From the NCBI GenBank assembly GCA_964016885.1, contig OZ024743.1:312542001-312606000 (forward strand): a DNA stretch of 64,000 nt, read 5' to 3'. Made by a program: the position numbers and the translations under genes. Positions 12,786 to 27,664 of this stretch are shown here, one piece after another. Position 1 is the stretch's first letter. Each line of letters opens with the position of its first letter. A model generated the notes under the pieces. It ran no database searches. It saw only the letters and a program-made list of their open reading frames with translations, and had not been told where the DNA came from. This DNA comes from Eledone cirrhosa (Eukaryota).

Positions 12786-15297
12786 TTGTTTTATTGTATC
12801 GGTGGACAAAAGGACAGACGTGTTAGTCCAAAGTATGGTGAGAGAGATGCGTTGAAAGAGTTAGTCCACCTCGCCCGAATGATGAATCGAGAAATGAAAG
12901 TCATGGTTCTCGGAATTTTGTTCAGCTTATTGCTGCCGCAAATTATCGGTATCAGTGCGTTGGTTTGCTTAAAAAAATATCAGAGGGAGGCTCCAGCATC
13001 CCTTGTTGTGCGTAACCGATTGACACACTTACTGTTGACACCTGAGCACTATACACAATCATTTTCATTATCTTTCGTTTTGATTCTATATTGTATTGTG
13101 AAATATTTATGTAATTAAGTAATTTATGTAACTAATGCAGCTCCAAACAGATACTGACCCTGTTAGATTCCAATGTGAGGCTTGCTAGACATAAGTGACC
13201 TAAACTAGAGGTTCCTAACCTTTTTTTTTTCCACTGTCCTTTTTTTCGAGAATATATTTCACCAGCCCTTGCCACTGCAAAGTTAATTAAAATTTATACT
13301 CTGAAAATTAAATCTTAATAGATTTTGTTTTTTATTATATTTTAAGTCATTGAATAATTAAAGGAGACAGTTTTTACAAGCAATTACTAATGAGATTATT
13401 ATCACCATTGGTGTTTCACCTTCTGAAGTATCAGGGTGTTTGGTTCTTCCAGTGCCTTAGCCTTGTTACCATCTACAGTGATTTTGTGAGTGTCTTGGGA
13501 ACATTAGCATTACTTGTTGTAGTGGTCATGAAGCAAAGTCTAGTTGTTGTGGAGGAGAAGACGAACACAAGTACAATAATTCTGGTTTAATATATGGCCT
13601 TCACAAAAAGAAAAAAATACGACTGCTTTGAATCTTAAATACGATCGATAATTATAGTATTCAATAATAATAATTATTTCTACTTTAGGCACAAAGGCCT
13701 GTAATTACCTCAATGTATTACTGGTACTCGTAAGGATGAAAAGCAAAGTTAACCTTGGCGGGATTTGAATTCATACCGTAATAATAATAACAGTGTTCAA
13801 TAAAGCTTCTGTGTTGTGCGAGGAGTCACTTTATTTACCTTGGGATGTTCCCTTAAAAAGTAACAAGTTGTCCTAAGACAGCGGTTGTAATGGAAAGAGT
13901 AGTAGTAGTAAATCGTTATGTGGTAGACTGTCAAACAGGCGATGTGGCAGAGAATGTTTGTTACTAGGACCCAACGACAGTATATTTATTTTGACTGCTA
14001 GTCACTTAACAGAAAATAGATAGCCTTAGAAAATATCCCCCTTTTGTACAAATGGCGCCGTGAGTCCTTCCACGAAGGAAATTTATTTAGTCTTTCCTGC
14101 AAAGTCGCAGGTTAATCCTTTGGTGGTAGTGACCATAAGGGAAAAATATCGCGAAAAAATATTTCTTTCGCTACAAACATACATTCTCTCATTTTTTTTG
14201 CCTCTAATTTATTTCTTTTGTAAATCATATTTATTATATAAATTGTGTTTATCTGACAGGCTTCCAAACATTTTACATCTACTACTGCAAAGAACGAGAC
14301 GAACCGAGGTTATGGCACTCACTAAAATCGAACCTACGGCCTAAAGATTGCAAAACAAACCTCCTAACCATTCAGCAACGATGCATTCATTGTTTGTTTA
14401 ATCATTGATATGGAGAATTGGGCAAAATAGTTAGAAGGTCGGATAGTGTGCTTTGCGGTATTTCTTTCAGCTCTCTGCTCTCTCAGTTCAAACCCCACCG
14501 AGGTCAATTTTGCCTTTCATCCATTTTAGGCCGATAATATAAAAATACCAGATCCTGGCTCGATTCTTCATCTATATCTTTTTCTCACTTCCATTCTCTC
14601 ACTCTCTCTGTAACCTTCTCTGGAAGAAATCTGCTGTTTTAGACCTGGAGAAGAGATGGCGTCAACTAGGTTTTAAATACCCTAGAAACGCCCACGACTA
14701 CCCCAGGAGCTATGTGACCATGCCACCATAACTTACATTAATCTTTCGTCAGTTCTGATCCACCAGATTTGTGATCGAAGGTGTTCCACTGTGACATGAA
14801 GTCTGTTTTTCAGGCAGAATGTAGAGGAAACTACATTATTAAATGTAACCTTCCCTCTTTTTAGAGCAGGTAAGATTAACTGCTATTTCTAGCAAGTTTA
14901 ACGAGTATTTTGAAGCTCCTTTATTGGTTTGTTTATAGTTAGTGTTGTTGAGACCGAAGTCAGTTTCGATCCAGCATACCTATAATTAAACATGCCCCAA
15001 CCGCTGCTATTTTTCAGACAAAATGCACTTAGTATTACCTTATTAAAAGTGTCCTTTTTTTTAATATGATGACGTATAACATGAGATAGATCTTGCTGCT
15101 ACATTTAGCAAGTCGTACGCCCGCAGAAAGGACATCGATTAACAAATTTGCTAATTAGAGTTCTCTCCCTTGGCTTATAAATTATTTTAATGTCTTCAAC
15201 ATTTTGTTGATTCTTCTGCACACAAGCATTCCGAACATTCGCAAAAGCACGCAGGCACACATGCACACACACTCTCTCTTTCTTTCTCAGACACTCA

Positions 15298-15342
<45 letters not shown>

Positions 15343-16599
15343 TCTCTCTCTCTTACACACACATACTTTCTCTCTTTCATACATACACACTCCCTTTCCC
15401 TCTCACACACACCTGCGAACCCAAATTCTAACTAAGGTTTACCCTAACACTAAAAAAAAAATGTATCTAATGAATCAGACGAGATAACCCCGGTACTGCA
15501 GCCCGCAAGGCAGAGGACAGAAAGACAAGCAAATACTGGGGCTTGTCTGGCCGCTTCCTCTTTACACCGGTCACTGTTGAGACCTCAGGCATGCCCCGGA
15601 TCCTGTACTGCTGAGCTCCTCCACAAAATTGGATCATCAGCAACCCATCTGGGGAAGGAGCCTTGCGTGGTGGCGTGGCTATTGCAGTGGATGTTACTGA
15701 CCATCGTCCACATAGCGCAGCTCAACCCATCCCCGCCCCATAAGCATAGAGCCCATCACACTCTCCAATTTCCCCCTCCCTTTCTTCTGTGGCCCAAGAG
15801 TATTTGCTTTTTCCCTCCTTTTCCTTTCATTTACTCCATTTACAGTCCTTTCCTCTACTTTCCCATACAGCCAGATCTGCCCTTCTTTACCCCCCCCCCC
15901 TTCTTTTCATTACCTAATTTTGTTTTTATATTTCTTTTCTAAAATGCCATAAAATGTGCAAATAAAATTAGATTTATGTCCATAAAAAAAAATAAATGAG
16001 ATTAAATTTATTTAAAAATTGACAATGTTTATTATTTGTAATAGGAATGGGCAGTGGATTGTCTATTAATAGAGTGTCAGACACCATACTTTACGACATA
16101 TAGTTACGGCTCTTTACGTTTTAAATTCAAACCTCGCTGAGGTTAGCTTTGCCTTTCATCCTTACAGGGTCAATAAAATAAAGCACCAGCATTACACTGG
16201 AGTCAACTTATCAATTTTCCCCTCCCACTAAATTTGTTGGCCTTGCCTAAATCAGAAACCATTGATGTAGCTGTCTTGGTGGTCTTGTGGTAAAACATTT
16301 AGTGATGGTATAAATTCTGGTTTGAGGTTCAATCCTGGCCAGGACATACACTAATGGGGTCTTACTAAATATTTTCACTAATTACTTGTCCATTGGTGAT
16401 ACCAGGATCATGACACTTGCTGTCCCTATCCCTATGCACTTCGTTTGTAGTGTGCATCCTAACAGTGTTTGGAACTGATGAAGTTATTCATGCTTCATCT
16501 CTTAGAGAAAAAATGAAATTGTTCCATGAAACCCCTTTATAATCCTGAGTGGAGACTGAAACCACCACCATTGTGTCATTACTTCAACACTTTGCCACC

Positions 16600-18758
16600 C
16601 CTACCATTAGTTCTTGGCTTGAGTTCTACGACTCTGGAGATGTCAACACTGTACTCCAGAACATCCTGAGCTCAATATGGACAGCATGTGCAGCATCGGT
16701 GCCACGTAAGTGGAAAAAACATCCCAAAAGTGCAATTTGGGAGACTGCAGCAGTCCGTCTTGCCAGAAAAGAACATCGCAATGCTGAAAATGAGTACAAA
16801 CTGCACAAATCAGACATCAATATGAAGAGGCGAAATAAATCGTCCAACCACCTCAAACAGGTGACAAAAAAGGCAGTGCTTCGATTTGAGCAGCGCATAG
16901 CAACCAGCCCTGACAGTAAGGTGTTCTGGAAGTATGTTCACTCAAAGCAGAGGCCTCACTCTCCAGTTGGTCCTCTTCACAATCCCCACACAGGCCAGGT
17001 TACTGACGACCCCAAGGAATGCGCAGAGCTCATTGTTGAATGCTATGCAGGCATTTTCACTATTGAAGACCAGAGTGTACCGTCTCCACCACATATGACA
17101 CCAGACTCTATTACAACCATGGAATTTACACCTGCAATGCTGTGACGTCACCTAAAAAAATAAACGAAACCATGCCTCTCCTGGTCTTGATGGTGTTACG
17201 TACCTGCTTCTTAAACGTAGTGGGTACTTCCTTCTGCACCAGCTATCATGCTTCTTCCAATTCTGTCTGAACAACGGTGCTACTCCAGAACAGTGGAAAA
17301 CTGCCAGTGTCATTCCTCTGTTCAAAAAGGGTGACCGCACATCACCTGTGAACTATCGTCCAGTCAGTCTTACTAGCTGCATTGCCAAACTTATGGAATC
17401 CTGTGTCAGAGAAACACTTTGGAACTTCTGGAACTCTCACAGTCTTATCCGGCCCTCACAATTTGGATTTATCCCCAACTCCAGCTGCTGTGATCAACTT
17501 ATCGAGTTTCTTGAAGACATCACCCGGATCACTGATGGAGGCTCATGGGTGGATATTGTTTACCTTGACTTTGCGAAAGCTTTCAATTCTGTGCCACACA
17601 AAAGGCTTATGGCAAAACTCTCTGCAATGGGTTGAGGTCCTTCATTCTCAGTCGAAGAGAGGTAGTCACGGTTCTGGGACATTATTCCTCACCATATGAG
17701 ATGTCATCTGGTGTACCACAGGGATCTGTTCTTGGCCTCCTTTTGTTTGTGGCATATATTAATGACATAGATGCCAACTTAAAGAATGCCACAGAACTAA
17801 AGTATGCAGATGACATCAAGCTGTACCTTGGGATAAAAAGGACAGATCCTGAACACTATAGATCTTGCTTGCAGTCTGACCTGGACACAATGCAACAATG
17901 GATCTCAGACTGGCAACTCAAGCTAGCTGTGGACAAGTGCACCACCATGCATTTTGGGAGTAAAAACCCAGCGTCCACATACTCCCTCCACAGCACTAAT
18001 ATCAAGAAGTCTTCTTGTGAACGTGACCTGGGCATTACGGTCAGCAGCGATTTGTGTTGGATGAAGCACGTCTCTAAAATTGTCAAGAGGGCTGAGGGTG
18101 TCTTAGCATCACTCAGCAAGACCTTTGTCAGCCGCTCTCCAGCTATCTATTTAAGGCTGTACATGGCTATGTTGCGGCCACACTTAGAATTTGCATCACC
18201 AGTCTGGAACATTGACCGCCTGGAAACTGTTCAGAAATGTGCAACCAAGCGAATACCCTCCATCAGGCATCTACCATACTCTGAATGCCTTGCTTCCCTG
18301 GGCATGGATACATTGAAGCTCCGACGCCTGGAAACTGACTTGGTAAACACCCACAAAATTATTAACCATCTTGCCAACAACAACCCTGAGTACCTTTTTG
18401 CTTTCCATGTGTCTAACACATGTGGACATGCCTACAAAGTCAGAAAACAGCACAGCTCCCATGACTTTCTGAAACATTTTTTCATGCTCAGAGTTGCTGA
18501 AGCATGGAACAAACTACCGGCATCAGTTGTTAGCTGTCGAGACACTGCATCCTTTAAAACCTCTATGCTTCCCGAGATTCGCCAACACTACACCTAATGT
18601 TCCCCCTCCATACACATACACACATGTATATCATGACTCATACACTATTCACTTCCTTGACATTTGTATATTATTCTATGTACTATACATGCACCTTTAA
18701 CGAGTTGTAATGCACCTGAGCACTTTACACAATAATTTCATTATTATTATTATTATTA
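16600..18758 (+). mobile_element. 5'-truncated CR1-like LINE, frameshifted RT
   Basis: NYRPVSLTS, QFGF, YLDFAKAFNSVPH, SGVPQGSVLG, YADD motifs across ORFs 16549-18597; (ATT)n tail at ~18738-18758. Confidence 0.93.
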
Positions 18759-18947
18759 AGGGCGGTGAATTGGCAGTATCGGTAGAGGGTCGGACGCCAT
18801 GCTTTGACGCATAGAGTTACGCCCCTTGCTATTCTGAGTTCAAATGCCGCCAAGGTTAACTTTGCCTTTCATCCTTACGGGGTCGATAAAATAAAGTACC
18901 AGTAATGTACTGGGTAACTGCTGGCCTTGTGCCTAAAGTAGAAACAA
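18759..18947 (+). mobile_element. tRNA-derived SINE with Meta-domain-like core, full length
   Basis: tRNA-like head, core gcctttcatccttacggggtcgataaaataaagtacc, (ATT)n on both sides; about 15 further full or partial copies (e.g. 24810-24995, 30669-30850, 55048-55230). Confidence 0.9.
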
Positions 18948-19762
18948 TTATTATTATTATTATTATTAAGGCAACAACAATTTTGTATTAAAAATTAAAT
19001 AACCTAAAGCTACTTTCAAAATTGGTTGATAACATTTGGTTGCTATTTCAAGTAGGATGTGTGACCACAGATAGGTTCTCTTCTTATCTTATATATTTAG
19101 TATAAGATATGAAGGTATATAGCATAACTAGTGAATAATTATATGAATATACAGAGTCCTTCTTGGCATGTGTATCTAGTGTATATATACATAACAAGCA
19201 GACACACAGACAAGCTTGCCAAACAAAGAGATGGGAAAGGAATCTTCAGTTGTACCATAGTCATCACAACCTCCCTAGTGTTGGTGATCTACATGATAAA
19301 CAACCATTCAGTACCCTCCTGTAAAGTGATTTGTGATAGGAAGGACATCCTGCCAAACATAGTGATAGGAATTCTCTTCAGCTATGCCAAGGGCATTCAA
19401 TTTCCCTAGTGTTGATGCCATGATAAAATGCACATGGATCATATGAATGGCACCCTGGCCCATTGAGTAATGGCCATTCTGTGATGACATGTACAGCCCT
19501 TGCTCACAAGGAAAACATATGTTAAATGACAATGATGATAGATATATATTTATGACTTTCATTTGAGCCCCAGCCTCAGAAAAATGACTGAATTGAAATG
19601 GTGGCCTATGGAGTTGAAGAATTCTTTGGTTTTATTACAGATATCTAGCAGATGCTCTCCATGCCACTTACTACCATAAAACTATGTTGAAATGTTCACC
19701 ACCAATATGTGTAATAGAATATCAAATGTTGCTTTCCATTGGAGTTCATCTTTGTCCCCCAA

Positions 19763-20010
19763 TTAACCCTTTTTTTTTTTTTTTACTATATTCCTAATGA
19801 AATTCATTCTAATTCAATTAATTAATGAACAATTTTAATGGATTTATTAGAATTATTAGTGATTCCATTGCTAAGATAATAACTTAATATCTGGTTCTTA
19901 TATAAAATTATGTAGGACGATATTAATTTAGATAGGAATGCATTACAATGGGTGATTTTGTTTCATAGAACCAGAGCTGGTTTTAGTTGGGTTAGTATAA
20001 AAAGTGTTAA
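19763..20010. mobile_element. TTAA-flanked piggyBac-like MITE family (~245 bp)
   Basis: TTAA-ccctttt...aaaagtg-TTAA; related copies at ~24108-24360, 25090-25335, 54405-54655, 54785-55025. Confidence 0.6.
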
Positions 20011-21115
20011 GGTTTAAACTGTTTAAAGGTTTGTTTCATATGAATTCTTAGAGAACTTCATCAGCAGGAAGTTTCAAATTTTAATCATTATCATCATCAT
20101 CATTTTTGTGTCTTTTTTCTTTTCTGTCATAGGCAGAACAAGCCATCACAGTCAAAGATCTGATAATTCAGAGAACTATGTCTTGTTCATATGTTCCATT
20201 TTTGGTATGGTTTCTACAGCTGTTTGCCCTTCCTAACCCCAACCACTTTACAGAGTGAATATGGGTGAAATTTCACTCAGAATAAAGGGTTTCTTCTGCC
20301 TAGTTTATATGACAGAAAATATAATAAATGCAAACCAAAAATTAAAAAAAAGGACACATTTTACCCTAGTGTTGTAATAAATTTTATTTCTATTTACCTC
20401 AGTTGTTTTATGATGGTTTTCATTTGTTAACAGGTATTTAAACTTAATTTTACAATTATATTTTGGGACCTATTTCTATAAGAAAAAATGTATATATAAA
20501 GTTTAATTTTACACATTGCTCATCATCATCATTGTTATAACTATTAATCATTATCATCATCACTATTATAACTGTTATTATTATTATCATTATTGCAGCT
20601 GATGTAATAGAAGTGGTATTTGAGGCACTGGCTAATAGATACTGAAGACAATGATGGGATGAATTTGCATGTATCACAGGTATAGTTGTTTGATAGAAAC
20701 ATAGATTTATCAGAAAGTATTTTCAAGTAAAACTGAGGGACAAATATTATATGTGTATATATATATATATATATATTCGAGATGAAAGTACCTATACTAT
20801 GTCCTACATCTGAAATAATTGTATTGCAGTATTTATAGAAGTTCACCTAAACATTATCTACACCGCTACAGAATAATAGCGATACTGTCGACCAGAACTT
20901 GTTATAACAGACTTCTCACACAAAGCTCCTGATGCAGGTCTTGCAAGTGGTAACCTGTCTCCTTCCAGCTGGAGAGGAAGAGAAAGTAAGAAAGAAAGAA
21001 TTAATATTAATGTGAGGGAAAAACATGTTATTCATACTAACTGTTATTTTATGGAGACAATAAGTGATATTTGGTTTCATCATCAAACCCTAAAAATGCA
21101 ATGTTTGTGGATTAT

Positions 21116-21194
<79 letters not shown>

Positions 21195-21269
21195 CACACA
21201 CAAACACATATATATATATACACACACACATATATATATATATATGTCATCGTTTTAACATCTGCTTTC

Positions 21270-21317
<48 letters not shown>

Positions 21318-21321
<4 letters not shown>

Positions 21322-21712
21322 ATAATAATAATGAAATAATGAAATTATTGTGTAAAGTGCTCAGGTGCACTACAACTCATCAAATGTGCATGTATAGTAC
21401 ATAGAATAATATACAAATGTCAGGGAAGTGAATAGTGTATGAGTCATGATATATATGTGTGTATGTGTATGGAGAGGGAGTATTAGGTGTAGTGTTGGCG
21501 AATCTTAGGAAGCATGGAGGTTTTAAAGGATGCAGTGTCTCGACAGCTAACAACTGATGCAGGTAGTTTGTTCCATGCAACTCTGAGCGTGAAAAAATGT
21601 TTATGAAAGTCATGGGAGCTGTACTGTTTACAGACTTTGTTGGCATGTCCACGTGTGTTAGACACATGGAAATCAAAAAGGTACTCAGGGTTGTTGTTGG
21701 CAAGATGGTTAA
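21318..21712 (-). mobile_element. 3' end of the same CR1-like family as 16600-18758
   Basis: Near-identical to 18360-18758 in reverse, with (ATT)n tail. Confidence 0.9.
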
Positions 21713-21727
21713 TATATATATATATAT

Positions 21728-22140
21728 ATGAAGGTAGTCTACTTCATACAGAGCTTGACCACTTCTTGCACTTTATATCTGTTCCTTCCTGGAATTAGAT
21801 CCGAAATGGCTTTTGAGTCCTGAAAGCCTGTGAAGGACCTGTCCACAAATAATAAAATGATGTTTCATTTCGTTCTTGTTTCCACTTTGGGTTATTATGT
21901 ATGTTCAGATGTCGCTTCAGTCCACCACCTTGGACTTTACCATCATGTGCTCATTGGTGTGACTTCAAGCCATCGTTCAAAAGGCACATCTTAGGGTACA
22001 CACGACATTTGAAGACCAATGCTGGATAAGATTCATCATTATTATTGTTGGTCTTTCATTCTTCCACACTTTCTTTTTCGATTATGCATGTTTTACTCTC
22101 TCCATTTCAAATACTTTGACTCCATTCCAAATGGTATTCC
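21728..22140 (-). pseudogene. Decayed RTE-BovB-like 3' end
   Basis: Terminal zinc-finger-like frame (ICGQ...SGLKSHFGS) plus short UTR; similar in kind to 44990-45162. Confidence 0.45.
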
Positions 22141-22191
22141 CCCCATCCACTCTATCTATTGCACATGATTGAAGATGTTTGTATGTATGTA

Positions 22192-22226
<35 letters not shown>

Positions 22227-22285
22227 ATATCTATATCTATATCTATCTATATCTATCTATCTATCTATATATCTATATCTATCTA

Positions 22286-22320
<35 letters not shown>

Positions 22321-22337
22321 ACATATATATATATATA

Positions 22338-22460
22338 TAAGAATTGTTAAAAACTGCAAATGGTGATGAGTCTGAACATCTGAGTGGTATACCTCTTAAT
22401 ATATTTTTTAGTGAAACATTTGTAATGAATATGCTGTACACACACACATGTATGTATATG

Positions 22461-22499
<39 letters not shown>

Positions 22500-22589
22500 A
22501 TATGTGTATACATATATAAATGTGTGCGTGTGTGTATGTATGTATATGTGTGTATATATATGTATGTATATAGATATATATAATATATA

Positions 22590-22670
<81 letters not shown>

Positions 22671-22719
22671 TATATGTATCTATATACATACATATATATA
22701 CACACATATACATATATAC

Positions 22720-22753
<34 letters not shown>

Positions 22754-22910
22754 CATATATATATATATATATATACATACATACATGTGTGTGTGTGTGT
22801 GTGTGTGTGTACAGCATATTCATTACAAATGTTTCACTAAAAAATATATTAAGAGGTATACCACTCAGATGTTCAGACTCATCACCATTTGCAGTTTTTA
22901 ACAATTCTTA
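22338..22910. repeat. ~570 bp palindrome: ~103 bp unique arms around a mirror-symmetric compound microsatellite
   Basis: 22338-22440 is the reverse complement of 22808-22910 (identical ORF translations on opposite strands). Confidence 0.95.
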
Positions 22911-24539
22911 CTCAAGCCACACCATAACACCAATGATGAAACAATGATGAAACAATGACCTTTTCTGATACCTTATTCAGTGGAATAACTTACTATTTTC
23001 TTTATTTGTTTACTCTAAGAAATATAGTGAAGTATTCGATTACATTACCAGCTGAAAAATCCTGAATACTTTGAATGTTGTGAAAATGCTAAGAGTTGTT
23101 GTAAGAGATGATAAATAACTGAGAATAAGTTACAGCATAAGGCTAATGAACCTGTTGTTATTTTACATCTGTATCAGTTAACTATACTCCTTATCTCTCA
23201 TATTTGATAGATAGAGAAAGAGAGAAATAGAAAGATAGATAGACAACAATGAGTAGCTAATACATTTACCAAGAAAATATTCCAACACGTGAAACCACGT
23301 TGCTGAGTATCTCAAACAGGATTGTAAATATCATGATACGTATAGTAGGTAATATGAGGCTTTGGAATTCAAGAATTGGTAATACAATATTCTTTCTTTG
23401 AAAACACCTAATAAACCACCCTGTTTATGTAACATTACGTAAGTAGGGGATCAGTTGTCAACAATGATGTTAAAAAATAAGAATCATTTACCAATGTAAG
23501 TACTAATGGAATATATGAGAAAATATGTATAGGCGACCTTTATTTAGCAGTAGGCTGTATAGTATTATAAGCTATCACTTGTCATAAACAGGGCCATTAA
23601 CTCTTAAGGTCATATACCACAAGAAACTGCATTAGCAAGATATTACTGAAAAGTCTAACACAGCACTATAACTGCATCACATTAAGAATTGAAGTCTTTA
23701 GTTTACAGCTAATTTTCACAGAAATCTCTCTTCTAGTAAAATTACTAAAAATATCTGAAACCCATTTTAGAATATTTTCCAGATGTTGAGAGTTAGTAGA
23801 TAGAGTTCTATCGACAAAATCCCAGACCACCTTCACTTACTGAGTTCAGTGGAACTCATTAAATCAGATCAAAGAAACAATGCTTCCATTAGTCTTTCCA
23901 TTGCTGATACTTCTACCAGTCACAACTCCTGTTGAGAGTTAATAAAACGATTTAGCTTTGAAATATTCTGTTTTCATTAATTGATTAATATTTTGGGGAG
24001 AGATTTACTAAAATTATTCTTTTATTATAAAATAACATGTTTTCTTTGTTTTTTTAGGGGGAGGGTGTTGTTTCTTTTTATGTTACAAATGCTTCTTATA
24101 ACAATAATTTGACCCTTTTATAGCTGAATTTCTATTGAAATACACTGTTATGATGAATTAGTTAAATTAAAATTTGGAAGGATTTACAAATATTATTCAT
24201 TGATTCATTATTAAGATGGTATTTGTAACACAATTTAATAAATGGTTCTTATATACAAGTTTACTGGAAGGTTTTAATTTAAGAAAGAACTCTTTAAAAT
24301 AGGTGGTTTTGTTTCATAGGACCAGAGGCAATTTGGCAACAGGTTGATATAAAAAGGCTTTCTAAACAACCTATGTAGTATAGAAAACACTATATATCAC
24401 ATAGATTTGATTGTGAGAAAGAAATGAAATTCCTGTTCAAATTAGTAAACAAAATGGTTTTAAAAACAAACATTGTGTATACATAGCCAATCTCTCAAAC
24501 TTTTACAAATCCCTGAGGGGATAAAGTTAATATAAAGAA

Positions 24540-24714
24540 GGTGTGCTCATGTATGAAGATGCTATAAAATATCTTATAAAATAGGTTGAAGAACCTTAAA
24601 GATGGAAAAAGAAGTTGCTATTATAACAGCCGATGGCAACTTCTTTTTCCGTTTTTAAGGTTGTTCACTCTATTCTATATGCTATTTTATAGCATCTCCA
24701 CACATGAGCACACC
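24540..24714. repeat. Diverged hairpin (MITE-like)
   Basis: ggtgtgctcatgt...gaaaaagaagttgc / gcaacttctttttcc...acatgagcacacc. Confidence 0.8.
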
Positions 24715-26909
24715 ACTCTTTACATTTAAAAAAACCTAATACATGTATAATTGATTTTATTTCACCCTTGGTTCTAGACATGTGCCAGATTATCTGTTTT
24801 GCCAAACTAAATAATTGTTTCTACTTTTGGCACAAGGCCAGCAATTATCTCAGTACATTACTGGTACTTTATTTTATCGACCTCCGTAAGGATGAAAGGC
24901 AAAATTAGCCTCGGCAGGATTTGAACTCAGACTGTAAAGGGGCTAAACTATGCTGCAAAGCATGGCGTCCAACCCTCTACCGTTACTGCCAATCCAGAAT
25001 CATATTATGATGGAAACACTCTCTCTATCTGCCAACTATAATAATATGAAGGTGCAAATGTTTAAAATTTAAATCTAACTTCTTAATCATTTCCTTATAT
25101 CATTTCATTAGAAATACATTATATTTCCATTAAGTAATGAAGAATTTGAAGGGATTTACTAAGTTTATTAACTGTTTCATTATTAAGATGGTATCTGTTA
25201 CATAACTTAACAAAATATTCTTATATCAAATTATGCTGGAAGATTCTTATTTAAATAGGAACCCTTTAAAATGTGTGGCTTTGTTCCATAGAATCAGAGG
25301 TGGTTTTGGGTTGAATGGTATAAAAAAGGGGTCAATGGGAATTAATTAGTCTGGCAGGGTGCAAAAAATTCAAGTGTCCCCTCACAATTAAGTCTGAATG
25401 AAAAGAAGTGCAAGGGCTATCAGTGTTTGAGACAAGCTAAGATACCTACAGCATTACCCTGGATGATATCAATACTAATGTACTGGAAGAGCCAATTTAA
25501 GTGAGAAAGGTCGGACAGGGTGCAATAGAGATACTAAAATATATATACTGAAGATAAACCTTATGAATTATCAAAGCTGCGAGTGTTTGAAATTTGAAAA
25601 TAACTGAAAAAGCAGTTTTAAATAATTGGAAAAATTGGGTAAATTATCTTTGGAGATGTAAAAAAAAAGTAGGCAAAGGCGTCTCTGACCCCCTTTCCCC
25701 ATCTCTAATGGTAATTCACCCAATTTTCTCAACTATTATTTATAGTGATGAGCTGTTATTACAGTTATTTTCTTCATTTGGGACTCTTACATTTTCAAAT
25801 ATATCAAAAACAAACTTGACATGAAGAACCACAGTGGAAAGAGGAAAAAGAGAAGTGGGGCAGAGAAAATAGAGATTAATATTTTGAGTAAAATAAAATA
25901 CATTATTGTAATATTACTAAAAGACTGATAAAGAACTCTTAAACTTGATAACAGAAACAAGGAAGGACATGGTGATAGGAAGGGCATCCATACATAGAAA
26001 GCCTGCCAAACAAAGTGTTGGGTAGACCCTTCAGTTGTGTCAAAGACATGGCAGCCTCCCCTGTGCACTCAGTAGAACATGAGACAATATGTAAGTGAGA
26101 TGCAGATCCCCAACCTGTCTGGGAGGTCAGTAGCCCTGCTTCAGTACTGAATTTGTCTATGAAGATCCGTCCAACCCTTGCTAGCAGGGAAAGCAGACAT
26201 TAAAACAAAGATGATGATGATATACACTTTTATTTATTTTTATTAAAAAAAATAAATCTGTACCATTTCATAAAAGAATAACATATTAAACTCAAAACTT
26301 TAGAATGTCTTGAAGGACTATTAAATTTTACTGATAAACCCTGTAGGAACATCCTTTTTTTATGCAAGAAAAAAAAATATTCAGGTAATCTTTGGGTCTA
26401 TATAAATTCAGGCTGGAGCTGCTGGTATAGGCACATGTAGAAAACTCATGACCAAGGCGTTTACATAAATATATACAATTTAAAACAGTTTTGTATTGTA
26501 GTATCAGTTGCAGTTGATTTAATATCAAAAATATTAATCTACGAGACAAGTAACTAAAGCAGCTCAAATTGGAAGTGAGTCGTATAGGAACAGATAGGAG
26601 ACACATGTACAAGGTTTTAGATAAATATTAATATATTAAAACAAACAGTTTTTTTATCACAGAACCAAAAGCTGTTTCAGGTTGTTTGGTATGAAAAGTG
26701 TTAATCTACAAGACAAGGAACTAAACCTTTGCTCCAAGATAACACACACCTCAGTTTCTCAGCTTTCTTAGATTGTTTTTTTTAAAAATCTTTATCTGAT
26801 TTATATTCCCTGAAGTTCAAAATGTCAAGAATATCTTATCTTTCAAAATAAACATATTCTATTTCTGGAACATTTAAATCTTCTATTTACAGATATATAT
26901 AATGTAATT

Positions 26910-27664
26910 ATAAGTATGTATACGTACATACATATATGTATACAGACGTACATTAGTATGTATATATATACATACATGCACACATATATATGTACGTATG
27001 GATTCACCGAACATTTATTATAATGCTCGGTGTGTTTGTAAACAAACATCCCGAATTAAGCCGTAGTGTCTAGCAACCATCGTTGCTCATTTGTTCAACA
27101 CTGACAAAGGAACGCTGTACTAGTTTCAAGCTTATTAGCTATCGTCAGCAACGTATACCTTCCTGCCAGATGATTGAACGTCTGAAAGTATATACTTTCT
27201 TTATGCATATTAACAGCTGAGCAGCCTAATTTGCATATCGAGTGGGCTAATCGGCCGGGTGCACCGAAAACGATAAACGGAAAAAATGAAACAAAATTTC
27301 ATTTCCCACTCTTAGTACGGCTGTTACTTAAATATAAGTTTGTATACGTACATACATATATGTATACAGACGTACAGTAATATGTATATATATATACATA
27401 CATGCACACATATATATATGTACGTATGGATGATTGCTAGACACTACGGCTTAATTCGGGATGTTTGTTTACAAACACACCGAGCATTATAATAAATGTT
27501 CTATGAATCCATACGTACATATATATATGTGTGCATGTATGTATATATATATATACATACTACTGTACGTCTGTATACACATATGTATGTACGTATACAT
27601 ACTTATATTTAAGTAACAGCCGTACTAAGAGTGGGAAATGAAATTTCGTTTCATTTTTTCCGTT
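26910..27664 (-). mobile_element. Non-coding retrozyme/Penelope-like element: 424 bp unit + terminal direct repeat + inverted segment
   Basis: Direct repeat at 26909 and 27333; 27430-27667 is an inverted copy; 12 bp flanking duplication TATAATGTAATT (26898-26909, 27665-27676); contains a hammerhead. Confidence 0.8.
27112..27154 (-). ncRNA. Type I minimal hammerhead ribozyme
   Basis: acgttg-CTGACGA-tagctaataagctt-GAAA-ctag-TA-cagcgt; all core residues present, GUA cleavage triplet. Confidence 0.88.

Noticed and set aside
15470-15995. GC-rich segment as a host exon or retrocopy
   Set aside because: No recognisable protein motif; more likely a decayed retroelement end, and I cannot classify it
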